A DNA stretch of 64,000 nt from Pirellulales bacterium. GTDB lineage: Bacteria; Planctomycetota; Planctomycetia; Pirellulales; JAEUIK01. The notes under the pieces were generated by a model, which was not told the origin of the DNA, searched no databases, and saw nothing but the letters and a program-made list of their open reading frames with translations. Both the position numbers and the translations under genes were made by a program. Shown piece after piece: positions 1 through 8,405 of this stretch. Within the stretch, counting starts at the first letter, position 1. Each line of letters starts with the position of its first letter. The stretch covers positions 48,433 through 112,432 of the forward strand of contig JAIESQ010000006.1 in the NCBI GenBank assembly GCA_019745975.1. Reading direction: 5' to 3'.

Positions 1-75
1 GCATGTCGCCCTGCTTCTACTCGATAGAACTTGCGCCGCATGCGCGCACATTGCATATTTGCAGTGGAGAGTTAG

Positions 76-303
76 ATGAGATTGAAGGAGTTCGCCAAGT
101 TTTTCTGTGGCTTCGAGGCGTTCCATGCCGTCTTCCACACGTATTTGTGGTTTTCGGGCACTTCGTTTACGGCATTTGGCATTACGGCGACGCCAACGCT
201 GAACGCCACAGCCGCTCTTGTGAACGGTGGTATCGCCGTGATCCTCGGCCTCTATGGTTGGAAAGCGTGGGAGCCGCGACGACCAACTGGCGGTCCAAGA
301 TGA
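76..303 (+). CDS. Small hydrophobic (membrane?) protein, 75 aa
   Basis: GGAGAG about 5 nt upstream of the ATG. Hydrophobic stretches FFCGFEAFHAVFHTYLWF and GGIAVILGLYGW. No family recognised. Confidence 0.45.
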   Translation: MRLKEFAKFFCGFEAFHAVFHTYLWFSGTSFTAFGITATPTLNATAALVNGGIAVILGLYGWKAWEPRRPTGGPR

Positions 304-386
304 GCAGCCGACACCACGCAGGAGAGACTGATTTCGATTCCGACGCACGTCGTGCGGCGAATTCGGCCTTGGCAGGAAGTCAGACC

Positions 387-1763
387 ATGAGCAAAGGCTT
401 CATATGGACGCTTCGCGAGGCATTTGCCTCTCGCAAGCCACAAAAAGTCGGCGAGCGGCAGAGCGCTCGCGTTGCCGAGATGGTTGCCTATGCGCGCGCC
501 AACTCGCCCTACTATCGCGACCGCTACCGGGACTTGCCGGAGCGCGTCGAGGATCCCGCACTCTTGCCCGTTACCAGCAAACGGGAACTGATGGCCCACT
601 TCGACGACTGGGCCACGGATCGGGAAGTGACCATCGAGAAGGCCCGCGCGTTTGCAAGCAATCCCGACCTGATCGGCGAGCAGTTTCTGGGTAAGTACAC
701 GGTCGCTACAACCTCCGGCACGACCGGAACGCCTGGCGTCTTCGTACTGGACGCCCGGAACATGGCTGTGACTGCGGCTATGGCCATCCGCACTCTCCGG
801 GCCTGGCTCGGGCTCGGCGATATCCTGAAGATCCTGGCGGGCGGCGGTCGCACGGCGATGACGATTGCGGCCGGCAGTCACTCCGCTACGGCTGTTGCCG
901 CGGCCCGCTTGCACAAGTCACCCTCGCGCAGCAAGAGGGTTCTGGTGCTCCCCGTGCACGCGCCCCTCGAAGAGATGGTCGCTAAGCTCAACGAGTTTCG
1001 CCCGGCGCTGCTCGCCCCGTATGCCAGCATCGCCAAACTCTTGGCCGCCGAGCAGGGAGCCGGTCGCCTGCACGTCAGCCCGGTGCTGGTGGTCTGCGCG
1101 GCAGAGGGACTTGCGGTGGGCGAGTATGACCGGATCGCCAAGGTGTTCGGCGCCAAGGTCGAGAACAGCTACGCCGCCACCGAGTGTTTCTTCTTCAGTT
1201 ATGGCTGCAAGGAGAGGTGGCTGCACGTCAACAACGATTGGGCCGTGTTGGAGCCCGTTGACGCCGACTACCGGCTCGTCCCGCCGGGCGAGCAGTCGCA
1301 CACCGTCCTGTTGAGCAACCTCGCCAACCGGGTGCAGCCGATCCTCCGCTACGACCTCGGCGACAGCGTCCTGCAGCGGGCCGACCCCTGCCCGTGCGGC
1401 AACCCGCTGCCCGCGATCCGCGTTCAGGGACGCGCGTCCGACGTGCTCACGTTCAAAAAGGGCGGGGGTGAGCGAGTCTCGATTCCGCCGCTCGCATTGG
1501 AGGTTGACCAAGTTCGCGGAGTCGAATTGTTCCAAATCGTGCAAACCACACCGACCAGCCTGCGGGTGCGCCTGCGGCCCACCGCCGGGACCGACCCGGA
1601 CCACGTATGGCAGACGGTGCATGGCGCAATCGCGCGTCTGCTCGCCGAGCACAAGCTCGAACACGTTGCAGTTGAGCGCGCAGAGGAAGCACCGGAGCAG
1701 TCAACCGGTGGGAAGTACCGCGCAGTCATCCCCTTGGAGGGGCCTAGCCTTGGCGACAAGTAA
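387..1763 (+). CDS. Adenylate-forming enzyme, phenylacetate-CoA ligase (PaaK) / coenzyme F390 synthetase-like
   Basis: In-frame ATG inside ORF 3..1763. AMP-binding motif TTSGTTGTPGVF and PaaK-like length. The first 128 codons of the ORF look non-coding. Confidence 0.75.
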   Translation: MSKGFIWTLREAFASRKPQKVGERQSARVAEMVAYARANSPYYRDRYRDLPERVEDPALLPVTSKRELMAHFDDWATDREVTIEKARAFASNPDLIGEQFLGKYTVATTSGTTGTPGVFVLDARNMAVTAAMAIRTLRAWLGLGDILKILAGGGRTAMTIAAGSHSATAVAAARLHKSPSRSKRVLVLPVHAPLEEMVAKLNEFRPALLAPYASIAKLLAAEQGAGRLHVSPVLVVCAAEGLAVGEYDRIAKVFGAKVENSYAATECFFFSYGCKERWLHVNNDWAVLEPVDADYRLVPPGEQSHTVLLSNLANRVQPILRYDLGDSVLQRADPCPCGNPLPAIRVQGRASDVLTFKKGGGERVSIPPLALEVDQVRGVELFQIVQTTPTSLRVRLRPTAGTDPDHVWQTVHGAIARLLAEHKLEHVAVERAEEAPEQSTGGKYRAVIPLEGPSLGDK

Positions 1764-1785
1764 CAAGTCCCTTCAAAGGCTCGAA

Positions 1786-3888
1786 GTGCGCGTCGGCAAC
1801 GTCGATTGCGAGCACGATGCCGCGTCGCTGAAGCGCGCGTTGTCCGGCGTCGCTGGCGTCGATGACGTGAAGGTGTTGCCCAAAGCAGCGAAGGTCTTCC
1901 TGACTTATGACCCGGCGACGACTTCGGTCGAGGTGCTTAAGGCAGAGCTCGGATCCCTTGGTTTCCCGCCGCAGCAGGGCGCGGGCGTACCCGCTGCACC
2001 GAAGCCCTGGCGCAATCCCAAGGTGCTCACGTCGGCATTGTCGGGACTCCTCTTCCTCCTTGGATGGTTCATTGCCCAGGCCGGTGCGCCGGCACCAGTT
2101 CCTACAACTATCCATGTCGCGGCGATCCTCATTGGCGGCTACTTCTTCGGGCGCGAGGCTATCGAGGAACTGATCTTCGATCGTCAGGTCGGGATAGAAT
2201 TCTTGATGAGCACGGCGGCGATCGTCTCCACGTTCATGGGTGAGGCGGCCGAAGGTGCGATGTTGGTCTTCCTGTACTCCATTTCCGAGGCAGCCGAGGG
2301 GTACACCGAGGAAAAGACTCGGTCTGCCATTAAGGCTCTCATGGACCTGACGCCGAAGCACGCGCTCGTGAAGCGAGACGGGCGCGAACTGGAGATCCCG
2401 GTGGAGGAGATCGTGCTCAGCGATGTGTTCATCGTTCGCCCAGGAGAGTCGGTGGCGACCGATGGCCGCGTGCTAGTCGGTAGATCTGAGGTCAACCAAG
2501 CGCCGATCACTGGCGAGAGCGTGCCCGTCCAGAAGCAGCCCAGCGATACCGTCTTCGCCGGGACAATCAACGGCGAAGGCGTCCTAGAGGTCGAGGCAAC
2601 GAAGACCTTCGCGGAGAACACGGTCTCTCGGATCATCCAGATGGTTGAGGAAGCACAGGAGCGCAAAGGGAAAAGCCAGAGGTTCATTGAACGATTTGGC
2701 GCGCGCTACAGCCCGGCTGTCCTGCTGATTGGTTTTTCACTGGCCGTTATACCCCCACTCATGTTCGGGGCCGATTGGCAAGCATCTCTCATCCGTGCCA
2801 CAGTGTTCATCGTTGCGGCAGCGCCTTGCGCGTTGGTTATCTCTGTCCCAATCACTCTCGTGGCATCTCTAGGGACGGGAGCGCGTCAAGGCGTACTGAT
2901 CAAGGGGGGCATGTACCTGGAAGAGTTGGCGAAGATCAAGACCGTTGCACTAGATAAGACCGGGACGCTGACCAGGGGTGAACCTGAGGTGACAGACATG
3001 CTGGTCTGCGCCGAAGGACGAGCCGACCTCAAGTCGTCGCAACAACTACTAGCTCTGGCCGCAGGCATTGAGCGGTATAGTGAACATCCGTTAGCGCGGG
3101 CTATTGTCCGCCACGCTCAAACGCAGTCGGTTGGGCTGGTTGAAGTCACCGAGTTTCAAGCTATGACCGGCGCGGGCGCATCCGGCCGTTTCCAGGGTCG
3201 GACTATCTACATCGGGAAACCGGATTTCTTCGAGAAGCAACTCCGCGTCAGCCTGGACTGTGTCCGTGACGAGATCGAGCGGTTACAGGACGACGGTAAA
3301 ACGGCCGTGCTGCTAGGTGATGATGAGAGTATCTGGGGCGTACTAGCGCTCCGCGACAACGTCCGTCCCAATGCACGAAAGGCTATTGTTGCGTTGCATA
3401 CTGTTGGTGTGCAGAACGTGGTCATGTTGACCGGGGACAACACACGTACCGCTCAGACGATCGCCCGCGAGCTCGGCATTGACCAGGTCTACGCAGACCT
3501 GAAGCCAGAAGACAAAGTGGTCAAGGTGCGAGAGCTAGCACAGAAATATGGTCATGTCGCGATGGTTGGGGATGGAGTAAACGACGCGCCAGCTCTTGCC
3601 GAGGCTACTGTCGGCATCGCGATGGGGACCGCCGGGACAGACGTTGCACTGGAAACGGCGGATGTCGCCTTAATGGCCGACGATTTGGAGAAGATGGTCT
3701 ACGCCTTACGCTTGGCCAGACGCACCCAGTCCGTCGTCAATCAGAACCTAGTCCTCTCCATGGTTGTGATCGGAGTCTTAGTCGTGGGAGCGGTTGCCGG
3801 GGTCTTTTCGCTGCCGATCGCCATCGTGGGGCACGAGGTCAGTGAGTTCGTTGTGATCGCAAGTGGCCTGCGCATGTTGCGCAGCTGA
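1786..3888 (+). CDS. Heavy-metal translocating P1B-type ATPase
   Basis: ITGESVP (TGES), DKTGTLT, GDGVNDAPAL, and an N-terminal HMA-like domain. The TM metal motif reads APC (AAAPCALVIS) and the last TM has HEVSE. Start is uncertain: GTG 1786 was chosen because earlier ORF codons overlap the preceding gene. Confidence 0.9.
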   Translation: MRVGNVDCEHDAASLKRALSGVAGVDDVKVLPKAAKVFLTYDPATTSVEVLKAELGSLGFPPQQGAGVPAAPKPWRNPKVLTSALSGLLFLLGWFIAQAGAPAPVPTTIHVAAILIGGYFFGREAIEELIFDRQVGIEFLMSTAAIVSTFMGEAAEGAMLVFLYSISEAAEGYTEEKTRSAIKALMDLTPKHALVKRDGRELEIPVEEIVLSDVFIVRPGESVATDGRVLVGRSEVNQAPITGESVPVQKQPSDTVFAGTINGEGVLEVEATKTFAENTVSRIIQMVEEAQERKGKSQRFIERFGARYSPAVLLIGFSLAVIPPLMFGADWQASLIRATVFIVAAAPCALVISVPITLVASLGTGARQGVLIKGGMYLEELAKIKTVALDKTGTLTRGEPEVTDMLVCAEGRADLKSSQQLLALAAGIERYSEHPLARAIVRHAQTQSVGLVEVTEFQAMTGAGASGRFQGRTIYIGKPDFFEKQLRVSLDCVRDEIERLQDDGKTAVLLGDDESIWGVLALRDNVRPNARKAIVALHTVGVQNVVMLTGDNTRTAQTIARELGIDQVYADLKPEDKVVKVRELAQKYGHVAMVGDGVNDAPALAEATVGIAMGTAGTDVALETADVALMADDLEKMVYALRLARRTQSVVNQNLVLSMVVIGVLVVGAVAGVFSLPIAIVGHEVSEFVVIASGLRMLRS

Positions 3889-3987
3889 AAGATAAACGAG
3901 ACTCGCAGCAATCAACCGTCAGTCGGAGACAGCCGCTCTTGCATAGTTCTCTCAGGAAAAACTATAAGTGCGAACAGGGAGGTTCTC

Positions 3988-5643
3988 ATGTGCGATATCA
4001 AATCATTCACCACGGTCACGTATTTGTTGGCAAGAATCGGCTTCCGATTCTTCCTAGTCGGGTTGATAGTGTCAGTGCTCCTCTTCGGGGCAAATCGGCG
4101 AGCGAATGCACAAGCACAGCTTGCCGAAGACATCATCGTCATCACCAAGGGATTGAGAGAGCAGGAGACCGGGCGGACGACTTCGCACTTGGGGAACGCC
4201 CCCGGCACCGGTCAGAGTCGCTTTGGCATCGCGCCAGGGAGCGGCGAAGCAAGGCTAGGAGAGCGTATCGCAGGTCCCGGGATGGCTCGTCGTGACGTCC
4301 TCGCTGCAGCTTCTGCTACCGCTGGTGGCCAGGCATTCGGTGCTCCTGAAGCCATCATCGCGCCGCCGCCGAGGCTCTCGGCCGCGGATCTGCCGCTTTA
4401 CGGCCCTCTGGAGGTGCCGCGCCCAGAGGAAGAAGGGCCGCCAGATGGGCTGACTTTGGACGCCGCAATCGAGCGGCTGGTGCAGGCCAACCTTGACCTG
4501 CAGACGAAGTTTCAGGAGATACCTAAAGCCCGCGCGGACATCCTCTCGGCCGGATTGAGAGGTAACCCGCTTGTCTTCGCCAGTGCGGATGACGTGCCGT
4601 ATGGCCAGTACTCTCCACAAAGGCCTGGCGAAAACGGTTACGGTATCACTGTCATTCAGCCAGTGGATGTCAACCACAAGCGTCGGGTGCGGATCCTCGC
4701 GGCTCAGCGAGCCAAGCGTGTACTTGATGCACAATATCAGGACGCGGTGCGACTGGAGATTGACAACCTCTATACTGCGTTTGTGGACGTGCTCGCAGCA
4801 CGGGAAGCAGTCCGGTATCTAGAAGCCAGCTTGACCGGTCTCAACGAGGCGTTGACCGTCACCAAGCAACAGCTTCGAGGTGAGGAGAGGTCGGGCATCG
4901 ACCTTGACCGCCTCACCGTCCAGAGGGACTCCGCCTTGATCGCTTTAGACGAAGCCAAGGCATCACTGTCGAACGCCAACCAGTTCCTCGCAGCGCGACT
5001 GAACCTTCCGGCGAACGACCAACTTACCGTGCGAGGTAGGATCACTACTCCGACAGATAGCATTGCACCCCTCGAAGAACTTATAGGGATGGCTATTGCG
5101 AACCGTCCAGACCTGACGGCATACCGCCTCGGGATTCAGCGAGCCCAGACGGACGTAACCCTCGCAAGAGCAGAAGCATTCCCTGACATGTTCGTGTTGT
5201 ATACGCCGTTCGGTTTCAGGAACAACACACCCACGGGTGGCCAAGACGCGACCTCGTGGAGCCTCGGAGTAATGGCGAGTGTTCCGCTGTTCAACCGGAA
5301 CCAGGGCAACATCCGTCGAGCTGAGATCAACGTGTCACAGACAACTATCGAGTTGGCTGGGGTGCAACGGCAAATCGAGACCGAGGTGCGTGGTGCGTGG
5401 AGAGACCTTGAGACTGCACGGGGAGCAGTGGATCGCCTTGAACGCACTGTGTTACCCCGCGCACGCTCAGTGCGCGACAAGACATTCAGTCTATTCAAGG
5501 CGGGTGAGGAGGGCACGATCGGCTACCTGAACGCACAGCGTGAATACAGCGAAGTCGTTCGGCAGTATCGCGACGCGCTGGTCCGGCATCGCCGCGGCGC
5601 CCTGCGGCTTAACACGGTGGTCGCACTGCGAATGATTCCCTAG
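3988..5643 (+). CDS. TolC/CzcC-family outer-membrane efflux factor (copy 1)
   Basis: GGGAGG 6 nt upstream of the ATG. Signal-like N-terminus. Two-repeat OMF layout (LTLDAAIERLVQANLDLQ... and RPDLTAYRLGIQRAQTDVTLARAE...). Confidence 0.8.
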   Translation: MCDIKSFTTVTYLLARIGFRFFLVGLIVSVLLFGANRRANAQAQLAEDIIVITKGLREQETGRTTSHLGNAPGTGQSRFGIAPGSGEARLGERIAGPGMARRDVLAAASATAGGQAFGAPEAIIAPPPRLSAADLPLYGPLEVPRPEEEGPPDGLTLDAAIERLVQANLDLQTKFQEIPKARADILSAGLRGNPLVFASADDVPYGQYSPQRPGENGYGITVIQPVDVNHKRRVRILAAQRAKRVLDAQYQDAVRLEIDNLYTAFVDVLAAREAVRYLEASLTGLNEALTVTKQQLRGEERSGIDLDRLTVQRDSALIALDEAKASLSNANQFLAARLNLPANDQLTVRGRITTPTDSIAPLEELIGMAIANRPDLTAYRLGIQRAQTDVTLARAEAFPDMFVLYTPFGFRNNTPTGGQDATSWSLGVMASVPLFNRNQGNIRRAEINVSQTTIELAGVQRQIETEVRGAWRDLETARGAVDRLERTVLPRARSVRDKTFSLFKAGEEGTIGYLNAQREYSEVVRQYRDALVRHRRGALRLNTVVALRMIP

Positions 5644-5786
5644 CTGAAACAAGCCGGTCATCGCCCTCGGGAGCTCGCATTGTTTGACTAGGCAGCGGCG
5701 ATGGCGTTCACGGTCGCATAAGGTCGTCGACGAGTCTGCCCTTGCGCTAGGTCCCTCTTTGAGGTAAGGTACCCAGCGCGAGGCGC

Positions 5787-6185
5787 ATGCGTTCAGTTTT
5801 TCAAAGTCTTTCATTGGTGGTGGTTCTTGCCCTGATTGGGGGCACTAAACACTGCATTGTCGAACGAGTCCTCGGGAGCGCGGTCCCCCCTCTGCATGCA
5901 TGTCCGGTAGACGGGGACCCTGACGGGGATGGTTCGACGTGCGAGTCGGTCCTGCCTCTTGCAACAAAAGCAACTGAGGCAGACCGTTGGTTGGGTAACG
6001 GATCCGAACAGCCCCCAATGATCGTGTCGACTCTCTTCGGCCCGGCCACTGTTCCCCGTCCGGTCACGCCCTCACCCTCGATCTTTGAGCAGCCTTCAGC
6101 TGTCCGGGCTCGTCGCGACTACTTGCTCGCTGCCCTTTCTGGGGCCCCAAATGCGCCCCCGTACATCGCGCGATTCGCAACCTAG
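5787..6185 (+). CDS. Hypothetical secreted protein
   Basis: Signal-peptide-like N-terminus (SLSLVVVLALIGG), Cys/His/Asp-rich segment, weak GAGG upstream. Sits between the two OMF genes. Confidence 0.3.
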   Translation: MRSVFQSLSLVVVLALIGGTKHCIVERVLGSAVPPLHACPVDGDPDGDGSTCESVLPLATKATEADRWLGNGSEQPPMIVSTLFGPATVPRPVTPSPSIFEQPSAVRARRDYLLAALSGAPNAPPYIARFAT

Positions 6186-6232
6186 ATCTCAAGCGTACCT
6201 ATTTTTTTACGACGACACACTTACGGAGTTCC

Positions 6233-7471
6233 ATGAAACTGCTTTGCGTCGTAGGACTCGGCTGTACTGTCCTACTGACTATCACGCTCTGCCCCGCACC
6301 CATACGTGCGCAGGGCAAAGCTCTCACTATCGACGATGCCGTCACTGCGGCGCTCACACACTCAGCACTCGTCCAGGAGATCGAAGCAACTTTTGTCCGC
6401 CAGAAGGCTGAGGCGTTTGAGACGCGAACGCTTGCGAACCCTGAGTTTGGAACTGAGTTGGCTGTCCCGTCATCCTTCGAACACTCGCGGGGAAGGAACG
6501 AAATAACTGTCAACCTTGTGCAACCGGTTAAGCTCACACATGGGACGGTGAGGAACAGGCTCGCTACGTTAATCGATATGGCTGGGAGCAGCGAAAGAGA
6601 GCGCGCGTTGCTTGAGCTGGCCGCGCGCGTTCGCATCGCCTTCGCGAGAACCTGGGTCCTCTCCGAGCGCCGAAACGCCTTTGCGACACTGATACCCCGT
6701 GCACAGGCCCTGGATCGGTTCGTCACTGCTGGGCTGAGAGTAGGGGCGTATGGCAAAGGGGAGGATGCACTGTTTCGGGCGGAGGTCTTCAAGGCTGAAG
6801 CTGAGCTAAAGGGGCTTACGGCGGAGAGTATCGCGGGGCTCTCGGAACTTTCTAGGGTCAGCGGATACTCTTTCGCGGACACTAGCCTCGCAGCACCAAC
6901 ACTGCCGGTTGTCCCGGCGGCCGACCAGCTCAAAGTCCGATTCGAGCGCTCCGAGACGAAGGTCCAAGAACGCAGCAAGATCCTTCTTGACTTAGCTAGG
7001 GCAGCGAAGGAAGTCGCGCGCGGCGATGCGTACCCTGAGTTCAGGCCCCGAATATTCTTTTCTCGCAGCAACGATGGGGTCGACCTGGTCGGTCTCGGAG
7101 TCTCGTTCGATCTCCCTTTTTGGAGTCGCAATACCGCGGACCGGATGAGGGCCGACGCCACCTTTGCAACGGCCCGAGCGAACCACCTTCTCATCGATAC
7201 TGAGAACTTCAAAATCTCGATTCTGGAAACGGCAAGGTCGTATTCGATACGCAGAGAGGAGATCCTCTTGTACCAACAGCACATCCTTCCCCTGGTTCGG
7301 CGGGCGCTCGAAGCGACGGAACTGCAAGTGAGGAGCGGTACTGGCAGCATCTTCCAACTTTGGCAGACTCTGCGCGAATACGCCGACGCCAATCAGCACT
7401 ATCTAGAACTATGGACGAAGGCGTTCACGGCCCACGTGGAGCTGTCGGTCCTCTTGGGTGAGGAGATCTGA
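6233..7471 (+). CDS. TolC/CzcC-family outer-membrane efflux factor (copy 2)
   Basis: Signal peptide ending ...APIRAQG, then LTIDDAVTAALTHSALVQEIEA, typical of CzcC. Immediately precedes the adaptor and pump genes. Confidence 0.8.
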   Translation: MKLLCVVGLGCTVLLTITLCPAPIRAQGKALTIDDAVTAALTHSALVQEIEATFVRQKAEAFETRTLANPEFGTELAVPSSFEHSRGRNEITVNLVQPVKLTHGTVRNRLATLIDMAGSSERERALLELAARVRIAFARTWVLSERRNAFATLIPRAQALDRFVTAGLRVGAYGKGEDALFRAEVFKAEAELKGLTAESIAGLSELSRVSGYSFADTSLAAPTLPVVPAADQLKVRFERSETKVQERSKILLDLARAAKEVARGDAYPEFRPRIFFSRSNDGVDLVGLGVSFDLPFWSRNTADRMRADATFATARANHLLIDTENFKISILETARSYSIRREEILLYQQHILPLVRRALEATELQVRSGTGSIFQLWQTLREYADANQHYLELWTKAFTAHVELSVLLGEEI

Positions 7472-7472
7472 C

Positions 7473-8396
7473 ATGAGGTGGCTATACGGATACTTGGTTA
7501 TTTGCCTGATGCTCGTGCCGACCTCCATAGTGGCTGGTGAAGAACACGGCGACGGGGACGACGAACGAGAGGGATCTCAATCGGGCGTGGAGATCAGTGA
7601 GGAAAACCTAGAACGGTTGGGGCTCCGTATGAATGAAGCTGGACAGGGGAACATCGTTCAAGGGATCGCGGCCACGGGCCGCATCGTTCCGGTCGACGGT
7701 CGACTCGCGAACGTCAGTCCGCGTTTTACAGGCGTCGTGACACAAGTCTCGGCGAATGTCGGCGACCACGTGAAACCTGGCAGCCCGCTCGCGGTGGTTC
7801 AGAGCAACCAGAACCTCCAGCCCTTTACCCTCACGCCAGCGATCGCCGGTATCGTCATAAAGCGGAGCGCGACTCTGGGGGAGGTCGTCACAGAAACAAG
7901 CGTCCTGTTTGTCGTCGCCGACCTGTCCGAACTGTGGGCCGAGCTTGCCGTCTACGGACAGGATGTCGCCAAAGTGCACATAGGCCAAAAGGTGATACTA
8001 TCGGTCGCTTCGTGCGCGAGCATCCCGGAAGGGACACTTGTGTTCCTATCTCCGGTCACTGATGAGAAGACCCAGTCTCGTATCGCCAGGGTTCACTTTC
8101 GGAGTCCAGACTCGTGCTTGTCGCCGGGGATATTTGTCGATGCCAAGATCATCACCGAGGCGACCCAGGTTCCCTTAGTCGTCCAAGCGGACGCATTGCA
8201 GCAGATCAATGGGAGACCGACCGTTTTCCTACAGGAGGGAGAGTACCTCCGCCCCCAGGCAATCGTTGTGGGGAGAGCCGATGCACAGACGGTAGAGGTG
8301 CTCCAGGGACTTACCGTGGGTACGCGCTACGTCACGGGGAACACCTTCATACTTAAAGCCGAGCTTGGGAAGGGCGAAGTAGCAGACGAGGACTAA
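7473..8396 (+). CDS. RND efflux periplasmic adaptor (CzcB/CusB-like MFP)
   Basis: ATG lies 2 nt after the previous stop. TM/signal N-terminus. Barrel-sandwich hybrid motifs (PRFTGVVTQVSANVGDHVKPGSPLAVV). Confidence 0.85.
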   Translation: MRWLYGYLVICLMLVPTSIVAGEEHGDGDDEREGSQSGVEISEENLERLGLRMNEAGQGNIVQGIAATGRIVPVDGRLANVSPRFTGVVTQVSANVGDHVKPGSPLAVVQSNQNLQPFTLTPAIAGIVIKRSATLGEVVTETSVLFVVADLSELWAELAVYGQDVAKVHIGQKVILSVASCASIPEGTLVFLSPVTDEKTQSRIARVHFRSPDSCLSPGIFVDAKIITEATQVPLVVQADALQQINGRPTVFLQEGEYLRPQAIVVGRADAQTVEVLQGLTVGTRYVTGNTFILKAELGKGEVADED

Positions 8397-8405
8397 GGGG
8401 GCGGT

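Noticed and set aside
1468-1785. N-terminal 106 codons of ORF 1468..3888, and similarly codons 3..386 of ORF 3..1763
   Set aside because: The 1468..1785 extension overlaps the 3' end of the preceding adenylate-forming gene and is Arg/Pro/Ser-rich. The 3..386 extension overlaps the 76..303 small ORF and looks non-coding. Recognisable domains begin only after the chosen internal starts.
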